Source: Octopus vulgaris
Lineage: Eukaryota
Length of the DNA: 64,000 bases
Assembly: GCA_951406725.2 (NCBI GenBank)
Contig: OX597815.1
Coordinates: forward strand, 17,298,001 to 17,362,000
Direction: 5' to 3'
This document shows positions 54,136-64,000 of the stretch, piece by piece. How positions within the stretch are numbered: position 1 is the first letter of the stretch; each line of letters begins with the position of its first letter. Below the pieces are notes generated by a model. The model saw nothing but the letters and a program-made list of their open reading frames with translations. It was not told the DNA's origin and made no database searches. The translations under genes were made by a program, and so were the position numbers.

Positions 54136-54491
54136 AAAAATGAGGGGTTTAGTCTAAACGAATAAGTACGCTGAGTAAATGCTATAATTAGCCATATGCT
54201 AGGTGCCAACCCTACCGTTACCTTAAATTATCATAAATGACTTGAGATACTCGTCCTGCCTTGGGTTTTGTTGCCCTTTTCCTCTGTTATATACATATAA
54301 TCTAGGTCACTGATGGTTTGCTTTCCTCCCTCTTTTTATTTCCTTCCCCCCTCTCATTTAAATTCTCTCGCCTACTACTTCCCATCTACGTATGTATTCT
54401 CACGTTCTTTTGCGTTCACTATCAGTTGCAGCCATTTGAAACAGTAGATATAAAACACTTGCGTCTTTCCTATTTTCCAGTTATCACGAAC

Positions 54492-54518
54492 CTGAAGAAT
54501 GATTTCATCCGAAACGTC
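54492..54518 (+). ncRNA. Degenerate minimal hammerhead-like motif
   Basis: CTGAAGA-ATGATTTCATCC-GAAACGTC; stem I unclear. Confidence 0.35.
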
Positions 54519-56545
54519 AGAAGCCTCAATCTCTGCGACAATATTACTTTGCTCCTTCTATAACTTTGTGTGTTTCTCTCCTTAAAAACTTGCATGAAAC
54601 TAAAAGTAGAAACATTTTTAAAAAATCGAAATAATTTGTGAATTTATACTGAGTTGCCATTCCCTCGTTTCATACCTATCACGCCAACTGTCACTCTCTC
54701 AGATCTGCTATCAGGCAACTCACACTTGCCTTTTTGCACGAAAATAGTCTAAAATGAATGTAGCGTAGAAGACATATTATTCATTCAAAATTCAAAACAA
54801 CATGAGTAAGTATATGAGAGAGAGAAAGGGAGAATTTATACCTATGTTTATGTATGTGTATACGCAGACATCCACATAAATGTATGTCTGTGTATATAGA
54901 GAGTGTAATATAATTTGTATTTCTATATGAGATTGTGTGTGTGTGTGTGTGTACGTATTTATCCATACAATTCCTACGCACCCAAGCTAATCATGCACAA
55001 GCACCTCACTGTATGTGCAGCATGCTGGTTATATTGCCAATAAATGCAGTATATGATGAGCCTGGGTGTAATTAGGAATCATCCAGAGATTATATGTAAC
55101 TACCAATAAATCTTCTTTGAGTAGTTAGATCACTTACTGTATAGGCTACAGCTATAAAATATCTGCTTGTTACTGGTGGTCGGGGACGAAGAAGGAAAGA
55201 AATGCGTAGAGTGAACATCAGCCTCCGTTGCTATGTTAATAGTTCTTTGTCTGTACGATAGAGGACTTGTGCTTATTTTTCCTTATTGATCGTTAGTTCT
55301 ACTTTAGTGTTTGTTAATCAAACATTTCATGTATTTAAATGATAGATTTAGCATCGCCTGTTGTAAACTTATTTCCCATCATTATACGTTACAGAAATAA
55401 TTTACAAATCTTAAGAAAATCTTTTCTCGTTCTCTATCATTTACAATTCTCTATCTCTATTGCACTCAATTCTCTCTCTCTCCCTCTCTCTCTCTCTCCC
55501 TCTCTCCCTCTCTCTCTCTCTCTCCCTCTATCTATCTATCTATCTCTACTTCCACACCACTCTACCTGTTCACCTACCATTTATAATTACGTGCATAAGA
55601 ACGGTCGGTCTGCCAGTTTGTAATGTAGGTCAGCTGAATGGTAGACTCGGTATAGCACCACGCAATACACATTTCTAGCTGTCGTGTGCTTCGAGTTCAA
55701 ATCTTATGGCTGTCACAGTTATTTTTCCATTCTTCTGGAATGGATAAAATAAGTACCAGTTATGTAACGATAGCAATTTATTCGAGTTCATCACCAGCGG
55801 AAATGCTGTGACTAAGGTGGAAACCAGGTCTCAATGCTCTGATTTCAAATTCCTTTCGAGTCGCCTTAACTTTTAATTCTTCTTGGGCAAAGCGTTATAC
55901 CTTAAATAAAAGTATCGTTCTTTATACATTAATAGTAACTGTGTTTTCCATTGACAAGGTAGACTTTTCCTTTGTCTTTATCAGCATATACAACTACTTT
56001 GAAGCATATTTCGATTAATTACGTTTCATACGCATACCTACAACACATACACAAAATCGATTAAGTCCCAAAATGATGGCCTTCTATATATATCAGAAAC
56101 CAATAATAATGAGGATAGCAGTTGACAGCTAAAATCGATGAAGTGACGGACAAAAGCCCTGGAAGCATTTAGTTGTATGCATTTGCGTCTGACTTCATAT
56201 GCCTCCATTGTCGACGTTTTTCTTTCGCTCGTCCAGGAATCGCACGAGCGCTCTTCTCTTTGGTTTTTCGGGTGCGGGAACACACACACACACACACACA
56301 CACACAAATACACACACTCAGAGTTTCTCTCTTATAGGCACACACACGCACATACATCGAACGGTTAAGACGCTCGCATCGCAACTATGAGATCCCTGGT
56401 TCGGTCCTATCTCATGACATCTTGGACGAACGTCATTTTTTATTGTTCCATCTCGTCTACGCTCTACCTTAATTGTACCTACCGTTTAAAGCTATTGCAA
56501 TGTCTTACACTGTTCTGGTGGCTCTTGCGCTGCATAACTCCTTTT

Positions 56546-56613
<68 letters not shown>

Positions 56614-56673
56614 ATAGATAGATAGATAAAACCTACTTGGAAGAGGATTCGTGGCGTTCAATCACATAATATA

Positions 56674-56862
<189 letters not shown>

Positions 56863-56947
56863 GTATATATATGTATATATATATATGTATATATATGTAT
56901 ATATATATATATATATTTATAATAGGATTAGCTCGTATACGAGTAGG

Positions 56948-57205
56948 TATATATTTGTAAAAAATGAAGTTCGAAAATGCTGCTGTATTATACAATTTTT
57001 AATTTTTATATATACATTATAACATGTTTCAGTTCCTGAAATGAACCTTATCAAAAAAAGTCATATATAAAAAGAGACAGCTCATGCCGTCAAACACAAG
57101 AAATTAATTTATAATACACAACGGAGTCAGACATCTTAGAGTTCATGTATAGTTGATATATAGTTCATGTATAGTTGATATATAGTTTGAAGTATATGTT
57201 CAAAG
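56948..57205 (-). repeat. 3' pLTR segment of the PLE (inverted copy at 60938-61217), with a 22-bp tandem unit (2 copies here, 3 in the other)
   Basis: Near-identical reverse complement; unit AGTTCATGTATAGTTGATATAT. Confidence 0.92.
57019..57054 (-). ncRNA. Hammerhead ribozyme-like motif in the pLTR (second copy 61111-61145, plus strand)
   Basis: TTGATAA-GGTTC-atttcag-GAACT-GAAA-CATG-TTA; U3-A8 variant of CUGAUGA; palindromic AACATGTT stem III. Confidence 0.65.
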
Positions 57206-57435
57206 TGTTCGATGCAGTGGCCCACGGTGGCGATACGTATTCAATACAAAAAACAGATCAAAGTGGTGGAAAGCGGTCAATACAGAAGATTGATGTTTCC
57301 GAAAGAGCGAGGAATTCATTTTTACCATAAGCAATTGTGATGACCCATGGTGGAAGTTCGCTGGGTGGTTCTAGTGAGTTTTTGTGAAATGCTCGGTTTT
57401 ATAATGCCTGTTAGGTGGTCAATCTAGCGTAGCGT

Positions 57436-57768
57436 GACGTCATCAATGTTTTGACCAATCGTTTCGTTAGGTGGCTTTAATCAAGTGGAACGGGACGTCA
57501 TCATTATTTTGACCAATCGCTGCATTATAACTCCCTCTTGTTTGTTTCCTGTCTTGACCAGTCGCTTCGTTAGTCAAGCATAGCGGGACGTCATCCAGAT
57601 TCTGCCCAATCACGACTTATAGCTACATTAGATCTGCCCCCTGTCTGTACTTGTTAGGTGACTATTCAAGCAGAAAAGGACGTCATCAATATTCTGACTA
57701 ATGACTGTCCCCTGTTTGTATCCTGTCCATTCTAGCAGAGCTAGACGTCATCAACTTGTTGACCAATC
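57436..57768. promoter_or_regulatory. Array of five CRE-like + CCAAT composite motifs in the PLE 3' region
   Basis: GACGTCATC-N8-G(A/C)C(C/T)AAT at 57436, 57494, 57587, 57679, 57744. Confidence 0.6.
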
Positions 57769-57935
57769 AGAATCGGGTCTGACCCTTAGCTGTATCGTAT
57801 GTATCAGGGTCAGATTTGCACGAAAGAATTTTTTTCCTTTTTTACTAAGGCATATTTCCGTCAGAGTGAGTGTCTGTTTGAAGTAGCGGCCGTGGTGAAA
57901 TTTGGTTCTCCTTTTCGGAGGACTTATCTTTTGTT

Positions 57936-60233
57936 TTAGTATTCCTGGCCCAGGGTGTTTAAACTTGGTCTAAATTTTTTAATGAAATATAGTTCTTTAT
58001 TTTGGCGTTGTGTGAAGGTTGCGTTGTCACTGAATTTATAGAGCGGGTTAGTTGTAAATTTCGGATTTACATTTCCAGCACATCTATCTATGTGTCCGCT
58101 GACCGGTATTTTGCGGTAATCAGGGTTTCTAATTTGTGATTTATGCACCGCCATCCTGTTACGTAAGCTATTTTTTGTATGGCCTATATACTGCCTATTG
58201 CAGCCTGCGCATGTTATGACGTAAATTAAGTTTTCTGATGCGCAGGTGAAGTTTGTTCTAATGGTGAACTGGTGGCCTTGTTCCAGTATAAATTCTGATC
58301 CTTCTTTCAAGATGACACAGATTCCGCAGTTGGGCCTTCCACATTTTCTAACTGCTGGTTTTGTGGTTGATGTTGAGTGCAGTGTAGCTTGGGTTAAAAT
58401 CCTTTTCAAGGATTTTGGTTGCCGTTTACTTTTAATGATGGTGTGTGTTTCGAGGATCCGGTTCATCTTTGGGTCTCCCTTTAGTAGGGCTGTGCTTTGT
58501 AGTATGGTGTTGAAGGCCTCATTGTTGAGTGGGTTGTGTGTAGAGATGTAGGGAAGGGTTTTTAATTGTTCTTTCTTTTTTGGTTTTGTTTGTCTCAGGT
58601 CTTCTATACTTAATTTAAGTACCCGTTGGATTGCACTGTCTATTAGGGGCTGTGGATAGTTTCTATTTGTGAGTGTGGTTCTAAGTTCCTGGAGACGTGT
58701 GTGTCGGGTGTTTGTGTCTGATATTATGGTGCAAATCCTTCTAGCTAAACAAAAAGGGACATTCATTCTAGTGTGTCGTGGGTGGCATGAATCAAAGGGT
58801 AGGTACTGTTTAGAGTCTGTCGGTTTATAGTAGATATCTGTCTCTATTTTGTTGCCGGTTTTCTTAATGAGGATGTCTAAAAATGGTAATTCTTTTTCGT
58901 TGTGGTCCATCGTGAATTGTATATTGTCATTTATTCCATTTAATAGAATTTTAAATTCCTCAAGTTTCTCTATGCCTTTGTCCCAGATGATGAAACAGTC
59001 ATCGAGGTATCTTTTCCAGTTGTTATGGATATAGGTGGCGAAGGTGTTTCCATATTTCTCGAGTGTCATCCGGTATAGTATTTTCTCGAGGTATCCCATC
59101 ACTAGGTTGGCAAAAGATGGTGCAGTACGCGTGCCCATCGCTGTTCCCGATCTTTGCCTGTAGAAATCATTGTCAAAAATAAAATAATTGTTCTCTAAAA
59201 TGAATCTAAGTCCTTCTATTATAAGGTCTTTTTTTATGCGAGTTGGGAGTTCAAAGGGGTAGTTATTCAGCCAGAAGGTGATTGCTTCTATTCCTAGGTT
59301 GTGAGAGATGTTAGAATAAAGATTAACTACGTCGAATGATACTAGAAGGGTTTTCTCATTGACTGTTTTAGGGAGGTGGTTGAGCATATCTATATCGTCT
59401 CTTACGTAGCTTTTGATGTGTTTTAGGAAAGGTTTAAGAAGTGTGTCTAAGAAATTGCTGAGGCGGTGAGTTTCACATGCTGGCCCTGCTATTATCGGTT
59501 TTAGTTTAAGATCATTTGGTGAAGGGATTTTGATGAGTGTGTCGGTGGATGTTTTGCACGTTTCTCTAATGGTTTGGTTTTTGTGTACCTTAGGGATACC
59601 ATAGAACAAACTCGATTTGCATTTGAAGTTAGTGATGTATTCATACTCCTTGTTCGTGAGTCCTTCTTGGTATGTGTTGATTAATGTCCTAAGGTTATGC
59701 ATTATTTTTTGCTGGTTATACTGTTGGGCCCTTTCATAATACGTTTCATCTCTTAATAGGGATAGCGCTAAATTTTTATAATTGTTTGTATTCATTATTA
59801 CTATCGCGTTGCCCTTATCTGCCTCCTTAATTGTTATTGTTTTGTTTTCTCTTAGTTTGATGAGGTCGTTCCATTCTCTTTTGTTGAAGTTAGGGCTGTG
59901 TTTTTGTTTCTTGATGAATTGAAACGGGAAATTAGTTATGTAGTCACAATAGCGGTCTAAGGCTTTATTCTTACCTTTGGTGGGGGTGTAATTGCTCTTG
60001 TTTCTAGCTATTGAGTCCTCCTCTATTTGTTTGTCTTGAAATGCCTCGGTGAGTCTTAGTTTTCTGCAAAATTCCGAAATATCATCTTTCATTTCATAAT
60101 AATTAGAACGTTGTGGGGTGGGTGTAAATTTAAGTCCTTTGGAGAGTATGCTTATTTCGTTAGGTGTAAGTTCTTTGTTTGAGAGATTGATTATCTTAAT
60201 TACCTGAGGTTTCTTTTGTTTGTCCATTGCCAT
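57936..60233 (-). CDS. PLE reverse transcriptase + GIY-YIG endonuclease, 765 aa, intact
   Basis: IINLS, ADKG, FYGIPKVHK, SFDVVNLYSNI, RQRSGTAMG, RYLDD, LPFLD, YYKPT, linker CGRPNCGIC, LIYVITCAGC..QYIGHT...R..H. Confidence 0.97.
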   Translation of the reverse strand: MAMDKQKKPQVIKIINLSNKELTPNEISILSKGLKFTPTPQRSNYYEMKDDISEFCRKLRLTEAFQDKQIEEDSIARNKSNYTPTKGKNKALDRYCDYITNFPFQFIKKQKHSPNFNKREWNDLIKLRENKTITIKEADKGNAIVIMNTNNYKNLALSLLRDETYYERAQQYNQQKIMHNLRTLINTYQEGLTNKEYEYITNFKCKSSLFYGIPKVHKNQTIRETCKTSTDTLIKIPSPNDLKLKPIIAGPACETHRLSNFLDTLLKPFLKHIKSYVRDDIDMLNHLPKTVNEKTLLVSFDVVNLYSNISHNLGIEAITFWLNNYPFELPTRIKKDLIIEGLRFILENNYFIFDNDFYRQRSGTAMGTRTAPSFANLVMGYLEKILYRMTLEKYGNTFATYIHNNWKRYLDDCFIIWDKGIEKLEEFKILLNGINDNIQFTMDHNEKELPFLDILIKKTGNKIETDIYYKPTDSKQYLPFDSCHPRHTRMNVPFCLARRICTIISDTNTRHTRLQELRTTLTNRNYPQPLIDSAIQRVLKLSIEDLRQTKPKKKEQLKTLPYISTHNPLNNEAFNTILQSTALLKGDPKMNRILETHTIIKSKRQPKSLKRILTQATLHSTSTTKPAVRKCGRPNCGICVILKEGSEFILEQGHQFTIRTNFTCASENLIYVITCAGCNRQYIGHTKNSLRNRMAVHKSQIRNPDYRKIPVSGHIDRCAGNVNPKFTTNPLYKFSDNATFTQRQNKELYFIKKFRPSLNTLGQEY

Positions 60234-60937
60234 CGTGTGTCCCTGTTCCTGTGTGTGGGGTCTAAAAAATGGTTGGTGTAGTTATGTTCAAAGCTATTAT
60301 TTATCTGTCTCATGTTGTTATAATTGTCAGAGTGAGTTTGTGGTGCTCTGTTCTGGAGTCTGTTGTTGAACCTAGTGTTACGTCTTAGTTCCTCAGGTGT
60401 ATTGTGTTGGTAGTTGTTTCCTCCGTAGTGCATTTGTTGTTTGTTATGGTTGTATGGTTGGTTCCTGGGGTGGATGTTTGGTAGTAGCGTTTTGGTTTGG
60501 TTATGTGGGTTGTATTTTATAGTATTGTATGTTGTGGCTCTTAGGTTCGTGGAATGGTGTGGTGGGACCCTATAAGTGTTTTGGGGTTGGTGTAGGTAGT
60601 GTGGGGTGCGTTTTAAATGCATTTTTCTGGTGTAGAGTGTGTTTGGATTTCTTGGTGGTTGTTCTGCTCTGTTGGTATGTCTATTTTCGAACTGGTGTGG
60701 TGGGCCTCTGTAGGTGTTTTGGGGTTGGTGTAGGTAGTGTGGGGTGTGTTTTAGGTGTACTTTTCTGGTGTAGAGTGTGGTAGGATTTCTTGGTGGTTGT
60801 TCCGTTCTATTGGTATTTGGTTTTGATTTGCTTAATTTTATGAAGGGGTTGTTGGATATGTGTTCATTTTTGAAGTTGGTTTCATAATCTAGAAACCAGA
60901 TGGCGCTCTTTTCCCATCGTTGGAGGGACTTAAGTTC
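60200..60937 (-). CDS. PLE upstream ORF1 (5'-truncated, N/P/H/T/R-rich, 46-aa internal duplication)
   Basis: Manual triplet scan: the frame of ORF-track entry 60200-60622 stays open up to the inverted-pLTR junction (246 codons including stop); in-frame 138-bp duplication at 60556/60694. Confidence 0.75.
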   Translation of the reverse strand, partial: ELKSLQRWEKSAIWFLDYETNFKNEHISNNPFIKLSKSKPNTNRTEQPPRNPTTLYTRKVHLKHTPHYLHQPQNTYRGPPHQFENRHTNRAEQPPRNPNTLYTRKMHLKRTPHYLHQPQNTYRVPPHHSTNLRATTYNTIKYNPHNQTKTLLPNIHPRNQPYNHNKQQMHYGGNNYQHNTPEELRRNTRFNNRLQNRAPQTHSDNYNNMRQINNSFEHNYTNHFLDPTHRNRDTRWQWTNKRNLR

Positions 60938-61206
60938 CTTTGAACATATACTTCAAACTATATATCAACTATACATGAACTATATATCAACTATACATGA
61001 ACTATATATCAACTATCCATGAACTCTAAGATGTCTGACTCCGTTGTGTATTATAAATGAATTTCTTGTGTTTGACGGCATGAGCTGTCTCTTTTTATAT
61101 ATAACTTTTTTTGATAAGGTTCATTTCAGGAACTGAAACATGTTATAATGTATATATAAAAATTAAAAATTGTATAATACAGCAGCATTTTCGAACTTCA
61201 TTTTTT

Positions 61207-61635
<429 letters not shown>

Positions 61636-61636
61636 A

Positions 61637-61673
<37 letters not shown>

Positions 61674-61730
61674 CAAGTATAGATGTAAGTATGTAAATAT
61701 ATGTATGTATATATGCATATATATATATAC

Positions 61731-61798
<68 letters not shown>

Positions 61799-63037
61799 AT
61801 GTGTGTGTGTGTTTGGAAAGAAACGTATTTATACGTGTGTATATTTGTTTTCAATGTATAGCGGAACACATACAAAGCGGATTGTATGGTAATATGTATA
61901 ATTATATATGACTATCCCATTACTTCAACGAGAAATAATAATTAGTGTTGTGATTAGAATATAATATAGTTTAATTACCAATGAAAGTACATATGAATTT
62001 ATACCGAAGCTCATTACTTCTCTATAATTACAACCAACCAAAATGCTAGCACTACTTTTCTAATGCGCTTATATCACCTCTGTGAATATTCCTCGAATGT
62101 TATCCATTGTAAATAGAGCAAAGAACAGTGTTTGGATGCCGTAGAAAACATTCCCTAACATCTTGGAAAATACTAATACTCGCAGAATGAAAGCCTATTT
62201 TACAATTGTATATTGTTTTATTTGCGCTGAAGAATTCACAAACGATTGTCGAGAACCGGCCGCGAAGCAACGAAGGAGTTTTTGAGCAGCTACACTCGTT
62301 TTGCTACAAATAGCAGCCATGTATCTTCGAAATCCTTATAAAAAATAAGAAAGAATATGTTGAACAAAGTAGTCTACCAATAAATAAGATGTTACGACTT
62401 TGAGAAAAAGTCATCTGCTCTATTGTCGCTGACCTTGTTTTAAGAGGAATTTCAACTGTGTTTCATGGTCTGCTACCACAACAGCTCCTTTATAGGATCC
62501 AGTTAACTCAAGACATCATCAGGAGGAACCACGTCCACTTTCGGTCCCTACTCTTCTACCGTTTTGACGTGGTGAAGCCCCGGCTTTCGGAGGTGTCTTC
62601 AGCTCTGGTGTTGGGTGCATGTCTTCTTTCTTGTTCTTCTTTCTTCTATTCCTTGGCCTCGTCGATGTAGCGTCAATGAGTGTCAGCGGGCGACTGACTG
62701 CCTTGTCAATTTAAAAAAGACAACAACAATGTATTCGAGATCTATGCTGGAGACGCAATGATCACAGACTAACTGGATTGCTAAACTAGTGACTTGGAAC
62801 AATTAGAAGAGGTCAGCGTGGTAAAACTCTGGGTTATTGAAGTTGAAAGTAAAATATGCAGAAAGGTGGACTTCCAGCTGAAAATGTAATTTTGGAGGTA
62901 AAGCCCTTGGAAATATGTTTAGTAATGGAGTGTATGCATTTAAAATAGAATCAAGTTAAAATATATGCAATGGCGAAGCCTTTACACTGTCCCCTGACTT
63001 GCTAGAAATAGCTTCTAAATTCACTCATATTATACCT

Positions 63038-63267
63038 ATTTATTTACTACTCACAAGGGGCTAAACACAGAAGGGACAAACAAGAACAGACAAACGGATT
63101 AAGTCGATAACATCGATCCCAGTACGTAACTAGTACTTAATTTATCGACCCTGAAAGGATGAAAGGCAAAGTCGACCTCGGAGGAATTTGAACTCAGAAC
63201 GCAGCAGCAGACGAAATACCGCTAAGCATTTCGCCCGGCATGCTATCGTTTCTGCCAGCTCGCCGCC
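63038..63267 (-). mobile_element. SINE family A monomer with 17-bp TSD
   Basis: TCACTCATATTATACCT at 63021-63037 and 63268-63284. Confidence 0.9.
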
Positions 63268-63905
63268 TCACTCATATTATACCTTAAGAAAAGATATACT
63301 AGGGAATGCAACCGAAACAGATTGGCTCGATTAAGGAGCGGCTATATGGTTTCTTGATCTGCTAGATACAGCAAATAAACCCTCTTCAAGTCACAAACTT
63401 GGATCTTTGAAGAAAAATAAAAGCGACACACAGGAGACAATGTAGTCTTCCTTAACCACCAGCAGACGAGATGAATTGTAAAGTGATCAGGATCGGTGAG
63501 AAGTGTGTTCCTTTTGAAACCATTCCGCTTCACTTGGATTGCTAAATGTTTACATAATTCATTCGTAGTAACGACTTTGGTCTAATGAAAAGAAATTAAG
63601 TTGGAACAGCAGTAACATGTATATAGGAATTAAAGCTGAGATCGTAGAAACCGTCACAATAGTTCTACTCCTGTTGTCTTTTGTCCGTCCTGGAGTTGGA
63701 AGTGCATCTCTAATACATATGATCGAAATATGTTGATTCATATGACATTACTCCTTATGTACTGTCTCTAAAGAAAAGACATTTGACTCCCAAAGGTTGA
63801 TGACATCTAAATAATGTATATAACTGTTATTTGCAGGTGTATTTTAACGTTGGAAGAAGGGGTGAATTGCACCATAAAATAATAGCCCATTATATGTGCC
63901 TCCAA

Positions 63906-64000
63906 AGGCGGCGAGCTGGCAGAAACTTTAGCACGCCGGGCGAAATGCTTAGCCGTATTTCGTCTGTCGTTACGTTCTGAGTTCAAATTATGCCGGGGTC
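63906..64000 (+). mobile_element. SINE family A head, cut by the window end
   Basis: GGCGGCGAGCTGGCAGAA...GAGTTCAAATT. Confidence 0.85.

Noticed and set aside
57936-60233. Selenoprotein (UGA/SECIS) form reported for some Naiad PLEs
   Set aside because: The ORF has no in-frame TGA and the conserved cysteines are ordinary Cys codons
62458-62560. Possible gypsy integrase C-terminal remnant (IRRNHVHFR)
   Set aside because: Single short motif with no LTR or other domain

Overview
AT-rich, repeat-saturated animal genomic DNA. The SINE families look like those I recall from Octopus (recognition from memory, not a search result). No host protein-coding gene is recognisable; most listed ORFs are microsatellite or SINE artefacts. 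The only intact long CDS is an RT + GIY-YIG Penelope-like element (PLE, 57936-60233, minus strand) sitting in (TA)n, with an inverted pseudo-LTR (pLTR) that carries a hammerhead-like motif. A 5'-truncated ORF1, open for 246 codons, overlaps the RT ORF and has an in-phase U-UUU-UUA heptamer whose -1 frame is the RT frame, a candidate programmed frameshift. Also present: full-length but decayed mariner and IR-DR Tc1 elements; DD37D-like, RTE and RLE-LINE relics; three non-autonomous Helitrons; a Merlin-like MITE with TTAGGG repeats; several foldback structures; and four tRNA-derived SINE types. One SINE forms a TSD-flanked nine-unit 184-bp multimer and another carries five different 3' tails. 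A few possible promoter/5' exon signals are listed at low confidence.
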